In this document: in pieces, positions 9,376 to 19,764 of the stretch | Numbering within the stretch: the stretch's first letter is position 1 | Layout: each line of letters opens with the position of its first letter | Source of the DNA: an uncultured Bdellovibrionales bacterium | GTDB taxonomy: Bacteria; Bdellovibrionota; Bdellovibrionia; Bdellovibrionales; SG-bin7 | Assembly: GCA_964498095.1 (NCBI GenBank) | Contig: CAZCFY010000002.1 | Coordinates: 74,298 to 138,297, forward strand | DNA: 64,000 bases | Direction: 5' to 3' | Notes under the pieces: generated by a model | What the model was told of the DNA's origin: nothing | What the model saw: the letters and a program-made list of their open reading frames with translations, nothing else | The model's database searches: none | Made by a program: the position numbers and the translations under genes

Positions 9376-10824
9376 TCAGAACGGCAAATCCTTATTGGGT
9401 ATAACATACCCAATTGCGATGCCGGAAGAAACGAAACTGGAACTCGCGATGCGTTGACTTGTGCCTGTGACCTCGGGCCACAACTTTGCCCACAAGTCGA
9501 TGGGTATGTTCGCCGAGCGGGAGTAAAGACGTATAGTCCAGCCAGATTTGAAAAAATACATCACGCCCAATTCTGCACCGCCGCCCACACCGACATCGCT
9601 AAATTCAAACTCATGAGTAGCATTGGCCGTGGCAATGGAGTCGTAAGTTAGAACGGGTAATACATTGATATAGAAATTCCAGCGGTAGTTTTCGTAGTTA
9701 AAACTTGGTCCCCAGCCAACATCGGCGTGGGTACGGGTAAAAATAATTTGGCGTACGGGGGTGGGGCCCGTAGGGAATGTCTCTTTAGCGTAGGAAAAAC
9801 TAGCGGTGGGCACCAAACGAAACCGATATCGCCACTCATCCCGTTGAGAAGGGAGAATGATTCTTCGAATACCAATGGTTGAAACCAGGCGTGAAACTTG
9901 TCCAATAAAATCGTCGGAATGATAGGAGCTCGCACGTATAATTTCTTCTTGGGTTCCCGTAATCGTGGTAAGTGAGGTTGCGGATTCTCCAAAATCCAAG
10001 AAAACAGAGTTTGGCAGCCAATAAAAATATTTTGGTTTCACGCCAACCCAATCGTGTTTTTTTACAATTTCAGCACTTTCCTTGGGTAAAGCAATTTCAG
10101 TAGAGAAGTCACTCGCCGGATCCAAAAAATCTTTTACGTTGATAAGAGCACGGACTTTGTCGTGCTCAATTTCAAGGTTACTGATGACAATTTTATTTGT
10201 TCCTAGGCGGCCATACAGGTTAGGGAGATCTTCGTTCCGTGGGTCATCGTCATAATCAACGCTAAAATCAGCAAAGGTTGATACGGTCGAATGATAAGAA
10301 AGAAAACTGTACTGCGGGTATTTCTTTTGCATTTCCTTTTCGATGTAAGCCGCCATGACATCGGAAATATCAGGGTGGGTTGAACGAGGTGGAGCAATAG
10401 CGATGACCGCGCCTTTTTTAGGAATCTTCTTGGAATTATCTTTTTCTTCCCTAGCCTTAAAAGTAACGCTACCGCCTGGATCTGGCCGCCAGGCCGCTTG
10501 GGATATTAAATCCGTTAACCAGCCGACGGGGGCTAGACTCATAAAAATAAAATTGCGGCCAAAACTTTTTCCCCATTTGTAATGACGCTTTATTTCAAGT
10601 TCCTGGGTGTCCCCGCCGAGGCTTAAGGTGTATTTGCGACTTTCATAACCGCGGGGCACGTAAATTATCGAAGGTGTGACCCCAAGAAATTTTCCATTTT
10701 CTCTGATTTGGGCATTAGGCGGCTCGGAGCGAATTACGGTAAATTCGCCCGGCGCGTCCCAAGTCGCGCACCCGCCAAGTAACCAAAAGAACAGAACACT
10801 AATGTGTAAGTAATGATTCCGCAT
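9376..10824 (-). CDS. lipoprotein with a PEGA-like N-terminal domain and a C-terminal beta-barrel-like region
   Basis: Lipobox LLGGC. PEGA-like segment FTVIRSEPPNAQIRENGKFLGVTP. The C-terminal third has an amphipathic strand pattern and a terminal Phe (...NKDLPF). Overlaps the recN stop by 26 nt. Confidence 0.5.
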   Translation of the reverse strand: MRNHYLHISVLFFWLLGGCATWDAPGEFTVIRSEPPNAQIRENGKFLGVTPSIIYVPRGYESRKYTLSLGGDTQELEIKRHYKWGKSFGRNFIFMSLAPVGWLTDLISQAAWRPDPGGSVTFKAREEKDNSKKIPKKGAVIAIAPPRSTHPDISDVMAAYIEKEMQKKYPQYSFLSYHSTVSTFADFSVDYDDDPRNEDLPNLYGRLGTNKIVISNLEIEHDKVRALINVKDFLDPASDFSTEIALPKESAEIVKKHDWVGVKPKYFYWLPNSVFLDFGESATSLTTITGTQEEIIRASSYHSDDFIGQVSRLVSTIGIRRIILPSQRDEWRYRFRLVPTASFSYAKETFPTGPTPVRQIIFTRTHADVGWGPSFNYENYRWNFYINVLPVLTYDSIATANATHEFEFSDVGVGGGAELGVMYFFKSGWTIRLYSRSANIPIDLWAKLWPEVTGTSQRIASSSFVSSGIAIGYVIPNKDLPF

Positions 10825-12487
10825 GCGCCAAAGACGTTTTTGTAATCTTCTCGCCCGAAATTAACCGTGCGACTTCTTGCACCCGGGACTTTCCGGAAAG
10901 TTCGGCAATTTCCATTTTGGCTTTGCCCGAGGAAACTCTTTTATTCACAAAGAAATGCACATTTCCTTGCGCTGCGACCTGTGGCAGATGTGTGATACAG
11001 ATGACCTGTTGCTTTTTGGCGATTTGATGCAGTTTAATTCCCACCTTTTCTGCGGTTTCACCACTTACGCCGGCGTCAACTTCATCAAATAAGTAGGTGC
11101 GCGGCTTTCCATCGTGACCCGTAACACATTTTAAAGCTAATAGTATTCGGCTTAATTCGCCACCGCTGGCAAATTTAGCCAAAGGCAACGGGGCAGAGTC
11201 TTTTGAAAGTTTAGTTACAAACTCAACATCGGTTAAGCCGTGTGAGGCCACCTCATCCAGTGCCTGAAACGCAATAGCGAGTGATAGGCCTTTCATGTTT
11301 AACCTAGAAAGTTCCGAATTTACTTCTTTAACGAGAGACTTTGCCGCAGCTTCGCGTTCGGCGTGAAGTTTCTTAGCTAACTTTAATAAGGCCGCAGATT
11401 GTGCTTCCCCTTGTTTTTGTAATGTCTCAATGCTTTCGTTGGCGTTTTCAAGTTCGCTAATTTCAGTCTCAATTTTTTCTAGATGCGCTAAAATCTCGGC
11501 CGTCGTCTGACCATACTTTTTTTGCAACAGTCTAAAATCACTTAAACGTTTTTCCATTGATTCAAGTTGATTGGCGTCAAGGTCTAAGGACTGACCATAT
11601 TCACGAATTTCAAATAAAAATTCGTTTAAATTCGCCTTTGCGGCCTCCAGCGGTTTAAAAATTTCTCCCAGTTTAGGATCTATTTTTTGAAAATAGATCT
11701 GGCGCTGCTCTAATTTGTGAAGTGCCGATAAAACTGATTGTTCATTTTCGTACAACACGTCTTCAGCGAGAGTTTTAAACTCAATTAAATGCGAGCTATT
11801 ACGGGCTTTACGAATTTGCGCTTCTAGAGCGTCATCGTCCTCGGGGGCGGGACCAAAAGTTTTAATTTCTTCGCGCTGAAATTTTAAGAAGTCCAAGCGC
11901 TGCTCACGCCATTGCAGCTGCTCTTTCATTTTTCCAAGTTTTTCCTTTGTTAGCTGAAGTTCGCTGTGGGCCTTTTGAACTTCTAGACGTAAGGTCCAAG
12001 TTTTGGCATAAGTGTCTACGAGGTCTAATTGATAAAGCTTCGATGCCAAATTTTTGTTTTCATGTTGCGATGTGATCTCAATGAGTGGAGAAGCGGGGCC
12101 AGTAACTTCGATAAGCGGCGCGACGATGTCGCGCAAGGAATTTAAAGAAGTTAGCGTGTCGTTTAAAAACACGCGGTTTTTACCTTCCGAGGAAACCGTA
12201 CGTCTGACGACAAGAGTATCTTCGGAGGCATCAATGTCCAAGGCGCGCAGGCGTTCGATAATATCATTACGGTCACTAATATCAAAAAGGCCTTCGATGG
12301 TCGCCTGCTCAGCGCCCTGACGAACAGAGCGAGAATCGGCCTTCTCACCCATAAGGAGACCCAAACTTTTCATGATAATGGATTTACCCGCGCCGGTTTC
12401 TCCGCTTAAAATATTTAAGCCGGGTTTAAAATGCACGCTAACTTCGTCAATAATCGCAAAGTTTGATACCTTGAGATCAAGTAACAT
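10799..12487 (-). CDS. recN: DNA repair protein RecN
   Basis: SMC-like architecture with Walker A GETGAGKS, a long coiled coil, signature ASGGELSRILLALK and Walker B YLFDEVDAGV. Confidence 0.93.
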   Translation of the reverse strand: MLLDLKVSNFAIIDEVSVHFKPGLNILSGETGAGKSIIMKSLGLLMGEKADSRSVRQGAEQATIEGLFDISDRNDIIERLRALDIDASEDTLVVRRTVSSEGKNRVFLNDTLTSLNSLRDIVAPLIEVTGPASPLIEITSQHENKNLASKLYQLDLVDTYAKTWTLRLEVQKAHSELQLTKEKLGKMKEQLQWREQRLDFLKFQREEIKTFGPAPEDDDALEAQIRKARNSSHLIEFKTLAEDVLYENEQSVLSALHKLEQRQIYFQKIDPKLGEIFKPLEAAKANLNEFLFEIREYGQSLDLDANQLESMEKRLSDFRLLQKKYGQTTAEILAHLEKIETEISELENANESIETLQKQGEAQSAALLKLAKKLHAEREAAAKSLVKEVNSELSRLNMKGLSLAIAFQALDEVASHGLTDVEFVTKLSKDSAPLPLAKFASGGELSRILLALKCVTGHDGKPRTYLFDEVDAGVSGETAEKVGIKLHQIAKKQQVICITHLPQVAAQGNVHFFVNKRVSSGKAKMEIAELSGKSRVQEVARLISGEKITKTSLAHAESLLTH

Positions 12488-12503
12488 AATGTCTCCTTAT
12501 TAT

Positions 12504-13385
12504 TTAGTCGCGTTGGCCGAATTTTAATTTATCGCGTAACAAATCAAAATAATTATTGCCTGGTTCCCGCACCGTTAAATGATCGCGCGCGCTTTTTTCG
12601 ATTATAACGTGGTCTGCATGTTTAATTTCTTCTACGCGTTGTCCATCCACGGTTAAAAATGCACTCGTATTTTTTGAAAGAACTCGCGCATGGATTTGGC
12701 GGTCATCAGGAACGATTAAAGGCCGCATCGTTAAACTGTGCGGATTAATTGGTGCGATAGAGAATACGCTGGCTGAAGGATAAATTATCGGTCCGCCGGC
12801 GGCTAAATTATATGCCGTAGATCCCGTCGGAGAGGCAACAATGATGCCGTCGGCTTTGAGTTCACAAATCAAATTTTTCTCGAAACTTAAACCGATACTA
12901 ATAAGATGAGTATCAGGGCCCCGCTCAAAAACAACGTCGTTGATTGCATAATAAGAATTGTGCGTCTTTCCGCGCTTCACCACGGTGGCCTTGATGATCG
13001 AGCGTTGATGCAACTCCATTTTTCCTTCAAGAAATTGGGAAATGGCTTTGTAGGCTTCGCTGACCCGGGTTTCCGTCAGAAAACCCAGTGAACCCATGTT
13101 AATTCCTAAAATAGGCGTGGGTTGTCCTTCTAAAAGATTGGCCGCACGCAAGTAGGTTCCGTCACCACCGACGACAACCATTAAATTTAATTTGTCCAAA
13201 GTTTTGCGGGAGTCCAGTCCCTTAACATGGGCGCCGAGCTTTTTGCCGGTGGGCGAGTAGACATGGATTTTTAGTTCATCTAACCAATTGGCAATTTCTT
13301 TGGCTTTAGCTAATGCATCCGGGCTTTCGGGTCGGTAAACAATGGCAATATGTTTATTGGAAAATTTTTTGCCTCCACTTTTCAT
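12504..13385 (-). CDS. nadK: NAD(+) kinase
   Basis: VVVGGDGTYL motif, GINMGSLGFL and SPTGSTAYNLAAGGPI. The nadK-recN adjacency is common in bacteria. Confidence 0.9.
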   Translation of the reverse strand: MKSGGKKFSNKHIAIVYRPESPDALAKAKEIANWLDELKIHVYSPTGKKLGAHVKGLDSRKTLDKLNLMVVVGGDGTYLRAANLLEGQPTPILGINMGSLGFLTETRVSEAYKAISQFLEGKMELHQRSIIKATVVKRGKTHNSYYAINDVVFERGPDTHLISIGLSFEKNLICELKADGIIVASPTGSTAYNLAAGGPIIYPSASVFSIAPINPHSLTMRPLIVPDDRQIHARVLSKNTSAFLTVDGQRVEEIKHADHVIIEKSARDHLTVREPGNNYFDLLRDKLKFGQRD

Positions 13386-15400
13386 AACAGGCCCTCTCGG
13401 CGGAATAAAGCATTCGGATCTGGCTCGCGGCCGCGAAATCTTTTGTAAAGTACCATGGGATGCTCGGATCCCCCTTTAGCCAAAATTTCTTCGCGAAATT
13501 TGCGTGAAACTTCTTTATTAAAAATTCCCTTTTCCTTGAAGTATTCAAAAGCGTCGGCGTCTAAGACCTCAGCCCACTTATAGCTGTAATATCCCGCTGA
13601 ATATCCACCGGCAAAAATATGCGCGAACCCCGTGGAAATCGCCGTTCCCGGCTCTTTGGGAAAAAACGAACTATGGCGCGTAACCTCTTCTTCGAACTTT
13701 TCCACGTCAAGTTCATCGGGGAGCGGCCCTTGGTGCCAGGCCATGTCGAGAAGACCAAAATTAACTTGGCGCAAAGAAAACCAGCCGGCATGAAACTTTT
13801 CGGCCGCACGGAGTTTATCAATTAAACTTTGCGGAATTTTTTCGCCGGATTCAAAGTGGGTGGCAAAGAGATCCAGGGTCTCTTTTTCCATGACCCAATT
13901 TTCCATGATCTGCGACGGTAACTCGACAAAATCCCAATATACTTTTGGACCGGCAACGCTGCGGTAATGGCAATCGCTTAAAAGCGAATGCAGGGCATGG
14001 CCGAATTCATGAAATAATGTTTTTACTTCATCTAGAGTTAATAGCGAAGGTTTTGTTGCCGTCGGTTTCGTGAAATTACAAACAATGGAAACGACCGGGC
14101 GTTCGACTTTACCGGCAAGTACGCCTTGATCGCGGTAATTAGTCATCCAGGCGCCAGATTTTTTTGTTTCGCGCGGAAAAAAGTCCGCCATAAAAATTCC
14201 CATAAAACGGCCTGACTTTTTATCTAATACTTCGTACGTGCGCACGTCTTCATGGTATTTCGGTACTTCGGTGGTCTCTTTAAATTCTAAGTCATAAAGT
14301 AAGCCTGCGACTTTAAAGCTACCGGTTATGACTTTATCCAGCGAGAAATAGGGGCGTAACTCTTCTTCGTCGAAATCGTATTTGGCTTTTTTTAATTTCT
14401 CAGCGTAGTAGGAGTAATCCCAAGGCTTTATAATTTCCTTGGCGAAACTTTTTAATTCTTCAAATTCTCTTTGCGCGGCGGCCCGGGCGGTGTCCAATAT
14501 CTTTTTAAGAAAGGTATTTACCTCTTGCGGCGTGCTGGCCATGCGCTCTTCCAACACAAAATGCGCGTGACTTTGAAAGCCCAGCAAGACAGCGCGCTCG
14601 TGACGGAGTTTGGAGATGCGCAGTAAAATGGGCGTATTATTGTAAGGCTCAGATAACGACCGGCTATTGTAGGCGCGCCAAAACTTTTCGCGGATTTTGC
14701 GGTTATCGCAATAAGTGAGCAGCGGAATTACGCTGGGAGCCTGTAGATTAAAAAGAAATCCGTCTTTGTCCTTGGCTTTCGCGGCTTCTTTAGCGCCTTC
14801 AAGCGTTGACTCGGGAATACCGGCCGCTTCTTCGGCCGTTAAGATCATCTCAAAGGAGTTTGTCGATTTTAAAACATTTTCTGAGAATTTTGGATTTAAC
14901 GCCGCCAACTCTTCATCAATTTTTCGCAGTTTATTTTTTTGCTCTTCGTTTAAGAGTGCGCCGTTGCGGGCAAAGGTCTTATAGGTTTTGTCTAAGATTT
15001 CTTTTTGCTCGATATTAAGTTTAAGTTTGCCGCGCTCTTCGTAAACCGTTTTGACCCGGTCAAATAAATTGGAGTTTAACAACGTGTCACTGGAGTAACG
15101 GCTAAGTTTTTGCGAAATTTCGGCCGCGAGCTTTTGGAGTTCTTCGCTGGCTTCGGCACTGAACAAATTAAAGTAAGTTTCGGAGATTTGGTCGACGGTT
15201 TCGCCGCTAAACTCCAACGCTTCGATTGTATTTTCGAAAGTTGGCGCCGTTTTGTTGTCGGCAATAGATTTTATTTCCGCGGAGGCGGCTGAAATCGCTT
15301 TATCAAAAGCGGGAATAAAATGTTCGGGTTTTATGAGTGCAAAATTAACGACACCAAATTTATTATTTGGTTTTTCAAGAAGTGAATTTAAACCTGGCAT
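13382..15400 (-). CDS. M3-family zinc metallopeptidase (peptidyl-dipeptidase Dcp / oligopeptidase A-like)
   Basis: HEFGHALH zinc site with downstream VELPSQIMENW. The 672-aa length is typical of M3A peptidases. Confidence 0.85.
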   Translation of the reverse strand: MPGLNSLLEKPNNKFGVVNFALIKPEHFIPAFDKAISAASAEIKSIADNKTAPTFENTIEALEFSGETVDQISETYFNLFSAEASEELQKLAAEISQKLSRYSSDTLLNSNLFDRVKTVYEERGKLKLNIEQKEILDKTYKTFARNGALLNEEQKNKLRKIDEELAALNPKFSENVLKSTNSFEMILTAEEAAGIPESTLEGAKEAAKAKDKDGFLFNLQAPSVIPLLTYCDNRKIREKFWRAYNSRSLSEPYNNTPILLRISKLRHERAVLLGFQSHAHFVLEERMASTPQEVNTFLKKILDTARAAAQREFEELKSFAKEIIKPWDYSYYAEKLKKAKYDFDEEELRPYFSLDKVITGSFKVAGLLYDLEFKETTEVPKYHEDVRTYEVLDKKSGRFMGIFMADFFPRETKKSGAWMTNYRDQGVLAGKVERPVVSIVCNFTKPTATKPSLLTLDEVKTLFHEFGHALHSLLSDCHYRSVAGPKVYWDFVELPSQIMENWVMEKETLDLFATHFESGEKIPQSLIDKLRAAEKFHAGWFSLRQVNFGLLDMAWHQGPLPDELDVEKFEEEVTRHSSFFPKEPGTAISTGFAHIFAGGYSAGYYSYKWAEVLDADAFEYFKEKGIFNKEVSRKFREEILAKGGSEHPMVLYKRFRGREPDPNALFRREGLL

Positions 15401-15432
15401 GCCTCATGAATATCATAGGCATGCCGTGAGGT

Positions 15433-15936
15433 CTAATAACTAGTGCAAATTCCGATACCGGAAGAAGGGTATCCAGTGGGAACGCAGTTACAACCAGGAT
15501 AACTACTAGTACATGTGGCCACAGCGTAATAGCTGCTCCAGCCGCTGTTGTAGTAACCGTAGTTAGCGTAGCCGAAAGCACCGCTCGCAAGGTACGAATA
15601 ATAAAGCAAACTTGCGGTCGGTAATCCATAAGTAGCTACACAGGAAAGACCCAGTGTATATCCGTAAGCGGCGATTGTTCCGTTAGGACAACGAAAGCCG
15701 TTATAGTACCCATAATTATATGGCTGAAAATAACCGTTAGCGCCGTAAGCGTAGCAGTTATTGTTATAAGGATAACTTTGCGGATAACCAATTGTGCCGC
15801 CTGCACCCGTCGGAATAGACGACAAACATTGTGTGTTCGGTGTGCCTACAAGCGATGCAGGGGCCGGGTTATCTTTTGGACAACCAATGTTGACTATTGC
15901 GAGAGCAAAAACAGCAATCTTTAAAAGATGTTTCAT
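15433..15936 (-). CDS. Tyr/Gly/Asn/Cys-rich secreted lipoprotein
   Basis: Signal peptide with lipobox VNIGC. The mature part has about 25 Tyr and 9 Cys in about 147 aa by hand count (YNYGYYNGF, GYANYGYYNSGWSSYY). No family recognised. Confidence 0.6.
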   Translation of the reverse strand: MKHLLKIAVFALAIVNIGCPKDNPAPASLVGTPNTQCLSSIPTGAGGTIGYPQSYPYNNNCYAYGANGYFQPYNYGYYNGFRCPNGTIAAYGYTLGLSCVATYGLPTASLLYYSYLASGAFGYANYGYYNSGWSSYYAVATCTSSYPGCNCVPTGYPSSGIGICTSY

Positions 15937-16040
15937 AGGAAAACCTCCACCCTATTCAAACGTCGATACGATGCATCAAAATGAAGAGAATTGCCACAAG
16001 TTTTTGATTTTATGTAAGATATTCACGTAAGGAGGCGAGC

Positions 16041-16610
16041 ATGCAAAAGCTTGTTTTTGTATTGGCCATCGTCGTCGGTTTTGGAACCCTGTCTGAGGCC
16101 GCTATTAAAAAGAATTCTTCTTTAAAATTCAATAAGTTAGACGCATTTGCCGGCACTGGAATTTTCCAGGGTGGAGAGTCGGGACGCGCCTATTCTTTGC
16201 TCGATATTAAACGGCAGCCGTCTAAAAATAAAGGCGCGGCTGTGGAGCGCTTTTCGCTTCTTTATGGCGATGAGGTCGGCCGGAGAATCTTGGGAAAAAC
16301 AGGTTATTTCCATATCAGTTTGGAAAAAAATCCTGATCGCCTAGTTATCGATTTGTCTCAGGTCCAAAAAACCGCCATCGACGAAAAACAGCTCGCGGCG
16401 ATCTTCAAAAATTCGGAGCTTATTTCGGGGACTCAGATGACCATGGACCCAGAGGACTTGAGCACGAATATTACTCTTTATTTGCGCGATCAAGTTAGGG
16501 CACGGGTGAAAACGAATACGGATAGCAAAAAACCCGGCCAAGTCTATGTGGATATTATAAAGCGTAATCCAAAAGGCAAATCTCAGCCCAATCCTAAAGG
16601 CATGAAGTGA
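16041..16610 (+). CDS. secreted protein with a weak AMIN-like region
   Basis: Signal peptide (GTLSEA/AI). The segment RLVIDLSQVQKTAI resembles the AMIN-domain core. GGAGG upstream of the ATG. Confidence 0.45.
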   Translation: MQKLVFVLAIVVGFGTLSEAAIKKNSSLKFNKLDAFAGTGIFQGGESGRAYSLLDIKRQPSKNKGAAVERFSLLYGDEVGRRILGKTGYFHISLEKNPDRLVIDLSQVQKTAIDEKQLAAIFKNSELISGTQMTMDPEDLSTNITLYLRDQVRARVKTNTDSKKPGQVYVDIIKRNPKGKSQPNPKGMK

Positions 16611-17365
16611 AATTAAGAGCTGGTTTAATTTCTGCAAGTTTACTTTTGCTGGTGGCCCAAGCTAACGCGCGGGTTTTTAATTTCGCCGGCGTAAACGTAA
16701 GTTCCTATCTAAAAGGGGCGGGCGGAACCGCATACTTTGGCAATGATGCTTTTGCAAATTCTGCGGGTCCTGGCGTTACTTATAGCGACGGCGTTCTTTA
16801 CCAATTTAGCGGCGAGTTTGGTTTTTCATTTGAAATGTCGTCATTTACGGCGCGGCTTGGGTTTGAAATGCATCGCCCGCAGCATTTAACACTTTACGAA
16901 GGAAAAAATACCGGCGGCACGGTCTTATATACTGTGGATTCCGATATCATTAGTTACAGCCCGACGCTCACCTTAGAATTTCCGCTCGGAAAGGCGCAAA
17001 CGACCAAATCCTATATCTTCTTAGGAGTGGGCTACGGTTATGTGACCTTAAAAAATACTTATGCGTTTACGGCCACAGGTACTTCGACATACAGCTTGGC
17101 AGACTTTTCAGAAGACGGAAAAGGCCAAACTATTTTCGGTACTGCCGGCTGGGGGTTTGAAACCTTGATGGTGGATAATGTCACCTTTGGTATGGAATTT
17201 GGTTACCGGTATATGGAAGCTTACAAGCTAGTTCATAAATCTTCGTCGACGACGTTCTTAGGGAATAAAGTCGAAGGCGATAACATGAAGAATTCCGACG
17301 GCGACGACCGCTTTCTTAATTTAAGTCAGCCGTTCTTGGCGTTTTTATTCCGTTTTTATATTTAG
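16607..17365 (+). CDS. outer-membrane beta-barrel protein (hypothetical)
   Basis: GTG start overlapping the upstream stop (GTGA). Signal peptide AQANA/RV. Repeated amphipathic strands (FGFSFEM, FLGVGYGYVTL, FGMEFGYRYM) and an aromatic-rich C-terminus. Confidence 0.5.
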   Translation: MKLRAGLISASLLLLVAQANARVFNFAGVNVSSYLKGAGGTAYFGNDAFANSAGPGVTYSDGVLYQFSGEFGFSFEMSSFTARLGFEMHRPQHLTLYEGKNTGGTVLYTVDSDIISYSPTLTLEFPLGKAQTTKSYIFLGVGYGYVTLKNTYAFTATGTSTYSLADFSEDGKGQTIFGTAGWGFETLMVDNVTFGMEFGYRYMEAYKLVHKSSSTTFLGNKVEGDNMKNSDGDDRFLNLSQPFLAFLFRFYI

Positions 17366-17374
17366 GTTTTAGAG

Positions 17375-17956
17375 TTAAAACGCGCCGTTGCTGGCTTCTG
17401 CTGCGGGTTTTATGCCTACGTTCCCGCTGACCGATAAAAGGCCGGGGATTATTCCATCCAAATCTAATGTAACTAGCGTCGTTGAGTCGGTAATTTCCAG
17501 ATAAGAAAAAGACAAAAATGTCAGCGTTATTGCGTCGGTGGTCGAAAAAATTCCATTATCATTGGTTATCTGCAGACTGCGCCCGGAACTGCACTGACTG
17601 GAAAGTTTTAGCTGAACACTTTGATACTTTCCGGCCGGTAAAGAAACAAAAGATATACTTGAGCCTGAGGGGTCATAACTAAAATCTTCCAAATCAAAAT
17701 CGTAAGTTTGCGTAACGGCATTGGGATCGGGGTTGGCTAAATCAATATAAGGAATGAATTTAATCTGTGAAAAACAGAAAGTTAAAAGGCGAATCTGACT
17801 GAGTTGCGCCGTAGATAAGTTCGAATCTGAAAAAGACAGTTTAAAAAAGGGCCCGCTGGTGGGTGTGCGGCTAGGAAGCGAACAAAACTGGTAGGCGATA
17901 ATAATCGCGCCTACCAAAGCCAGAACGAAATGGCGGTTTAAGTGCCTTCTATGCAT
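17375..17956 (-). CDS. hypothetical lipoprotein or membrane-anchored protein
   Basis: N-terminal hydrophobic segment ending AYQFC. The rest is Ser/Thr-rich and beta-rich. Start overlaps the acyl-CoA ligase stop by 8 nt. Confidence 0.45.
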   Translation of the reverse strand: MHRRHLNRHFVLALVGAIIIAYQFCSLPSRTPTSGPFFKLSFSDSNLSTAQLSQIRLLTFCFSQIKFIPYIDLANPDPNAVTQTYDFDLEDFSYDPSGSSISFVSLPAGKYQSVQLKLSSQCSSGRSLQITNDNGIFSTTDAITLTFLSFSYLEITDSTTLVTLDLDGIIPGLLSVSGNVGIKPAAEASNGAF

Positions 17957-19721
17957 AAAGACTGTCGATGACTTCCTTATATTTTTTGTCGCAGAATTTG
18001 CGCTTCACTTTTAATGAGGGCGTAAGTTCTCCAGCTTCAATCGTAAAATCGTTGGGTAAAACCTCAAAAGTCTTTATGGTTTCGTAGCTTGCCAGCTGAC
18101 TATTTACATTAGCTACGACGTCACGAATGATCCCTTGCACTTGTGGAGTTTTGGTAAGCTCCGCGAAGCTACTAAAAGACATATTGTTTGCCTGGGCAAA
18201 GCGTTTTACTTCGTCAGGATTTAAAGTTAGCAGCGCCACGACATATTTCTTTTGATCACCGTGAATCAATACATTGGAAATATATTTATTAAGTTTAAGC
18301 AGATTTTCTAATTTTTGAGGAGCGACATATTTTCCGCCGGCGGTTTTAATTAAATCTTTCTTGCGGTCGGTAAGCCTTAGAAATCCACGATCATTAAGCT
18401 CACCAATGTCGCCGGTGGCAAACCAGCCGTCGTGCATGACTTCTTTGGTGGCTTCGGGACTCTTGTAATATTCGCGCATCACTTTATCGCTTTTCACGAG
18501 AACTTCGCCGTCACTGGCAATTTTTATTTTTACGTCGGGTAGAGCGCGCCCAACGGATCCGAACTCGTAATCGTGAGGACGGTTTAGAGTTATGGCTGCC
18601 GTCGTTTCGGTGAGCCCGTAGCCCTCGAGAATTAAAATGCCGGCGGCGTGAAAGAATTCGGCGATTTGCTGGCTTAGCGGCGCGCTTCCGGAAATGCAGA
18701 AGCGCAGTCTTCCGCCAAGTCCCTTATGAAGCTTGGAGAAAACTAATTTTTTTGCAACGCCGTACTCTAGAAAAAGTGTCAGCGGAATTGTCTTGTTACT
18801 GCGTTTGTATTTTGAAACTTGCTGGCCAACACTTAACGCCCAGTTAAATATTTTCTTTTTAGTGGGATTTAAATCGGCTTGCGAGACAACGCCGTTATAT
18901 ATCTTTTCAAAAATTCGTGGAACGGCGACGAGCACTGTTGGCGATACTTCGCGTAAGTTATCCCGGATTTTATCGATACTTTCCGCATAGGCGATTCCAT
19001 ACCCGAGATAAATGCTTCCCCAATACTCCACGTGTCCAAGGATATGTGAAAACGGTAGAAAGGTGAGAGTGGAATCTTCGGCGACCATGCCCAGTTCGCT
19101 GAAGACATCGATAACTTCGCTCATAACTTGTAAGTGAGTTAAAGAAACGCCCTTGGGAACGCCGGTCGTACCGGACGTATAATGAATAGTGGCTAAATCA
19201 TTTAACTGCACTTGACTCACGGAACGCGAATAGAAACTAGTATCGCCTTTTATAATCTCGCGCCCTTCCTTTTCGAGGTCGTCAAGACTTTGCGTTCCCT
19301 TGACCCCGTCGGCGTTAAAAATAAAAACGCCTTTTACTTGGGGGCACTGGCTAGAAATTTTTGCCCACTTGTCTAACTGACTTTTGTCTTCGACAAATAA
19401 AAATTGAGTTTCAGAATTGTTGAGTATGTAGGTCATTTCTTCGGTCGTATTGCTGGGATAAATGGGTATCGATACGGCGCCTAAGCCTAAAATTGCTAAA
19501 TCAGCAGCAGACCATTCCATCCGCGTCGAACTCATGATTGCCACATGGGCGCCCTTGGTTACGCCTTTTTTATTTAAACCTGCGGCGATAAATTCAACTT
19601 TCTGAATGTATTCCTTCCAGTTGTAAGATTTCCATTCACCCGCAACTTTGAATTTAACGGCAAATTGGCTATCTGGAATTGCACGCTTTTTTAAAAAGTA
19701 GCTACAAATATTTTCGGCCAT
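17949..19721 (-). CDS. long-chain-fatty-acid--CoA ligase (AMP-forming, FadD-like)
   Basis: AMP-binding signature YTSGTTGVPKG, plus GYGLTET, TGDIGELNDRGFLRLTDRKKD and GGKYVAPQ. Start placed at ATG 19721 (MAEN, GGAGAA upstream) instead of ORF-track 19790. Confidence 0.85.
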   Translation of the reverse strand: MAENICSYFLKKRAIPDSQFAVKFKVAGEWKSYNWKEYIQKVEFIAAGLNKKGVTKGAHVAIMSSTRMEWSAADLAILGLGAVSIPIYPSNTTEEMTYILNNSETQFLFVEDKSQLDKWAKISSQCPQVKGVFIFNADGVKGTQSLDDLEKEGREIIKGDTSFYSRSVSQVQLNDLATIHYTSGTTGVPKGVSLTHLQVMSEVIDVFSELGMVAEDSTLTFLPFSHILGHVEYWGSIYLGYGIAYAESIDKIRDNLREVSPTVLVAVPRIFEKIYNGVVSQADLNPTKKKIFNWALSVGQQVSKYKRSNKTIPLTLFLEYGVAKKLVFSKLHKGLGGRLRFCISGSAPLSQQIAEFFHAAGILILEGYGLTETTAAITLNRPHDYEFGSVGRALPDVKIKIASDGEVLVKSDKVMREYYKSPEATKEVMHDGWFATGDIGELNDRGFLRLTDRKKDLIKTAGGKYVAPQKLENLLKLNKYISNVLIHGDQKKYVVALLTLNPDEVKRFAQANNMSFSSFAELTKTPQVQGIIRDVVANVNSQLASYETIKTFEVLPNDFTIEAGELTPSLKVKRKFCDKKYKEVIDSLYA

Positions 19722-19764
19722 AGGTTCTCCCATTGCTATCAATGCGTATATTTTACTTGCGAGA

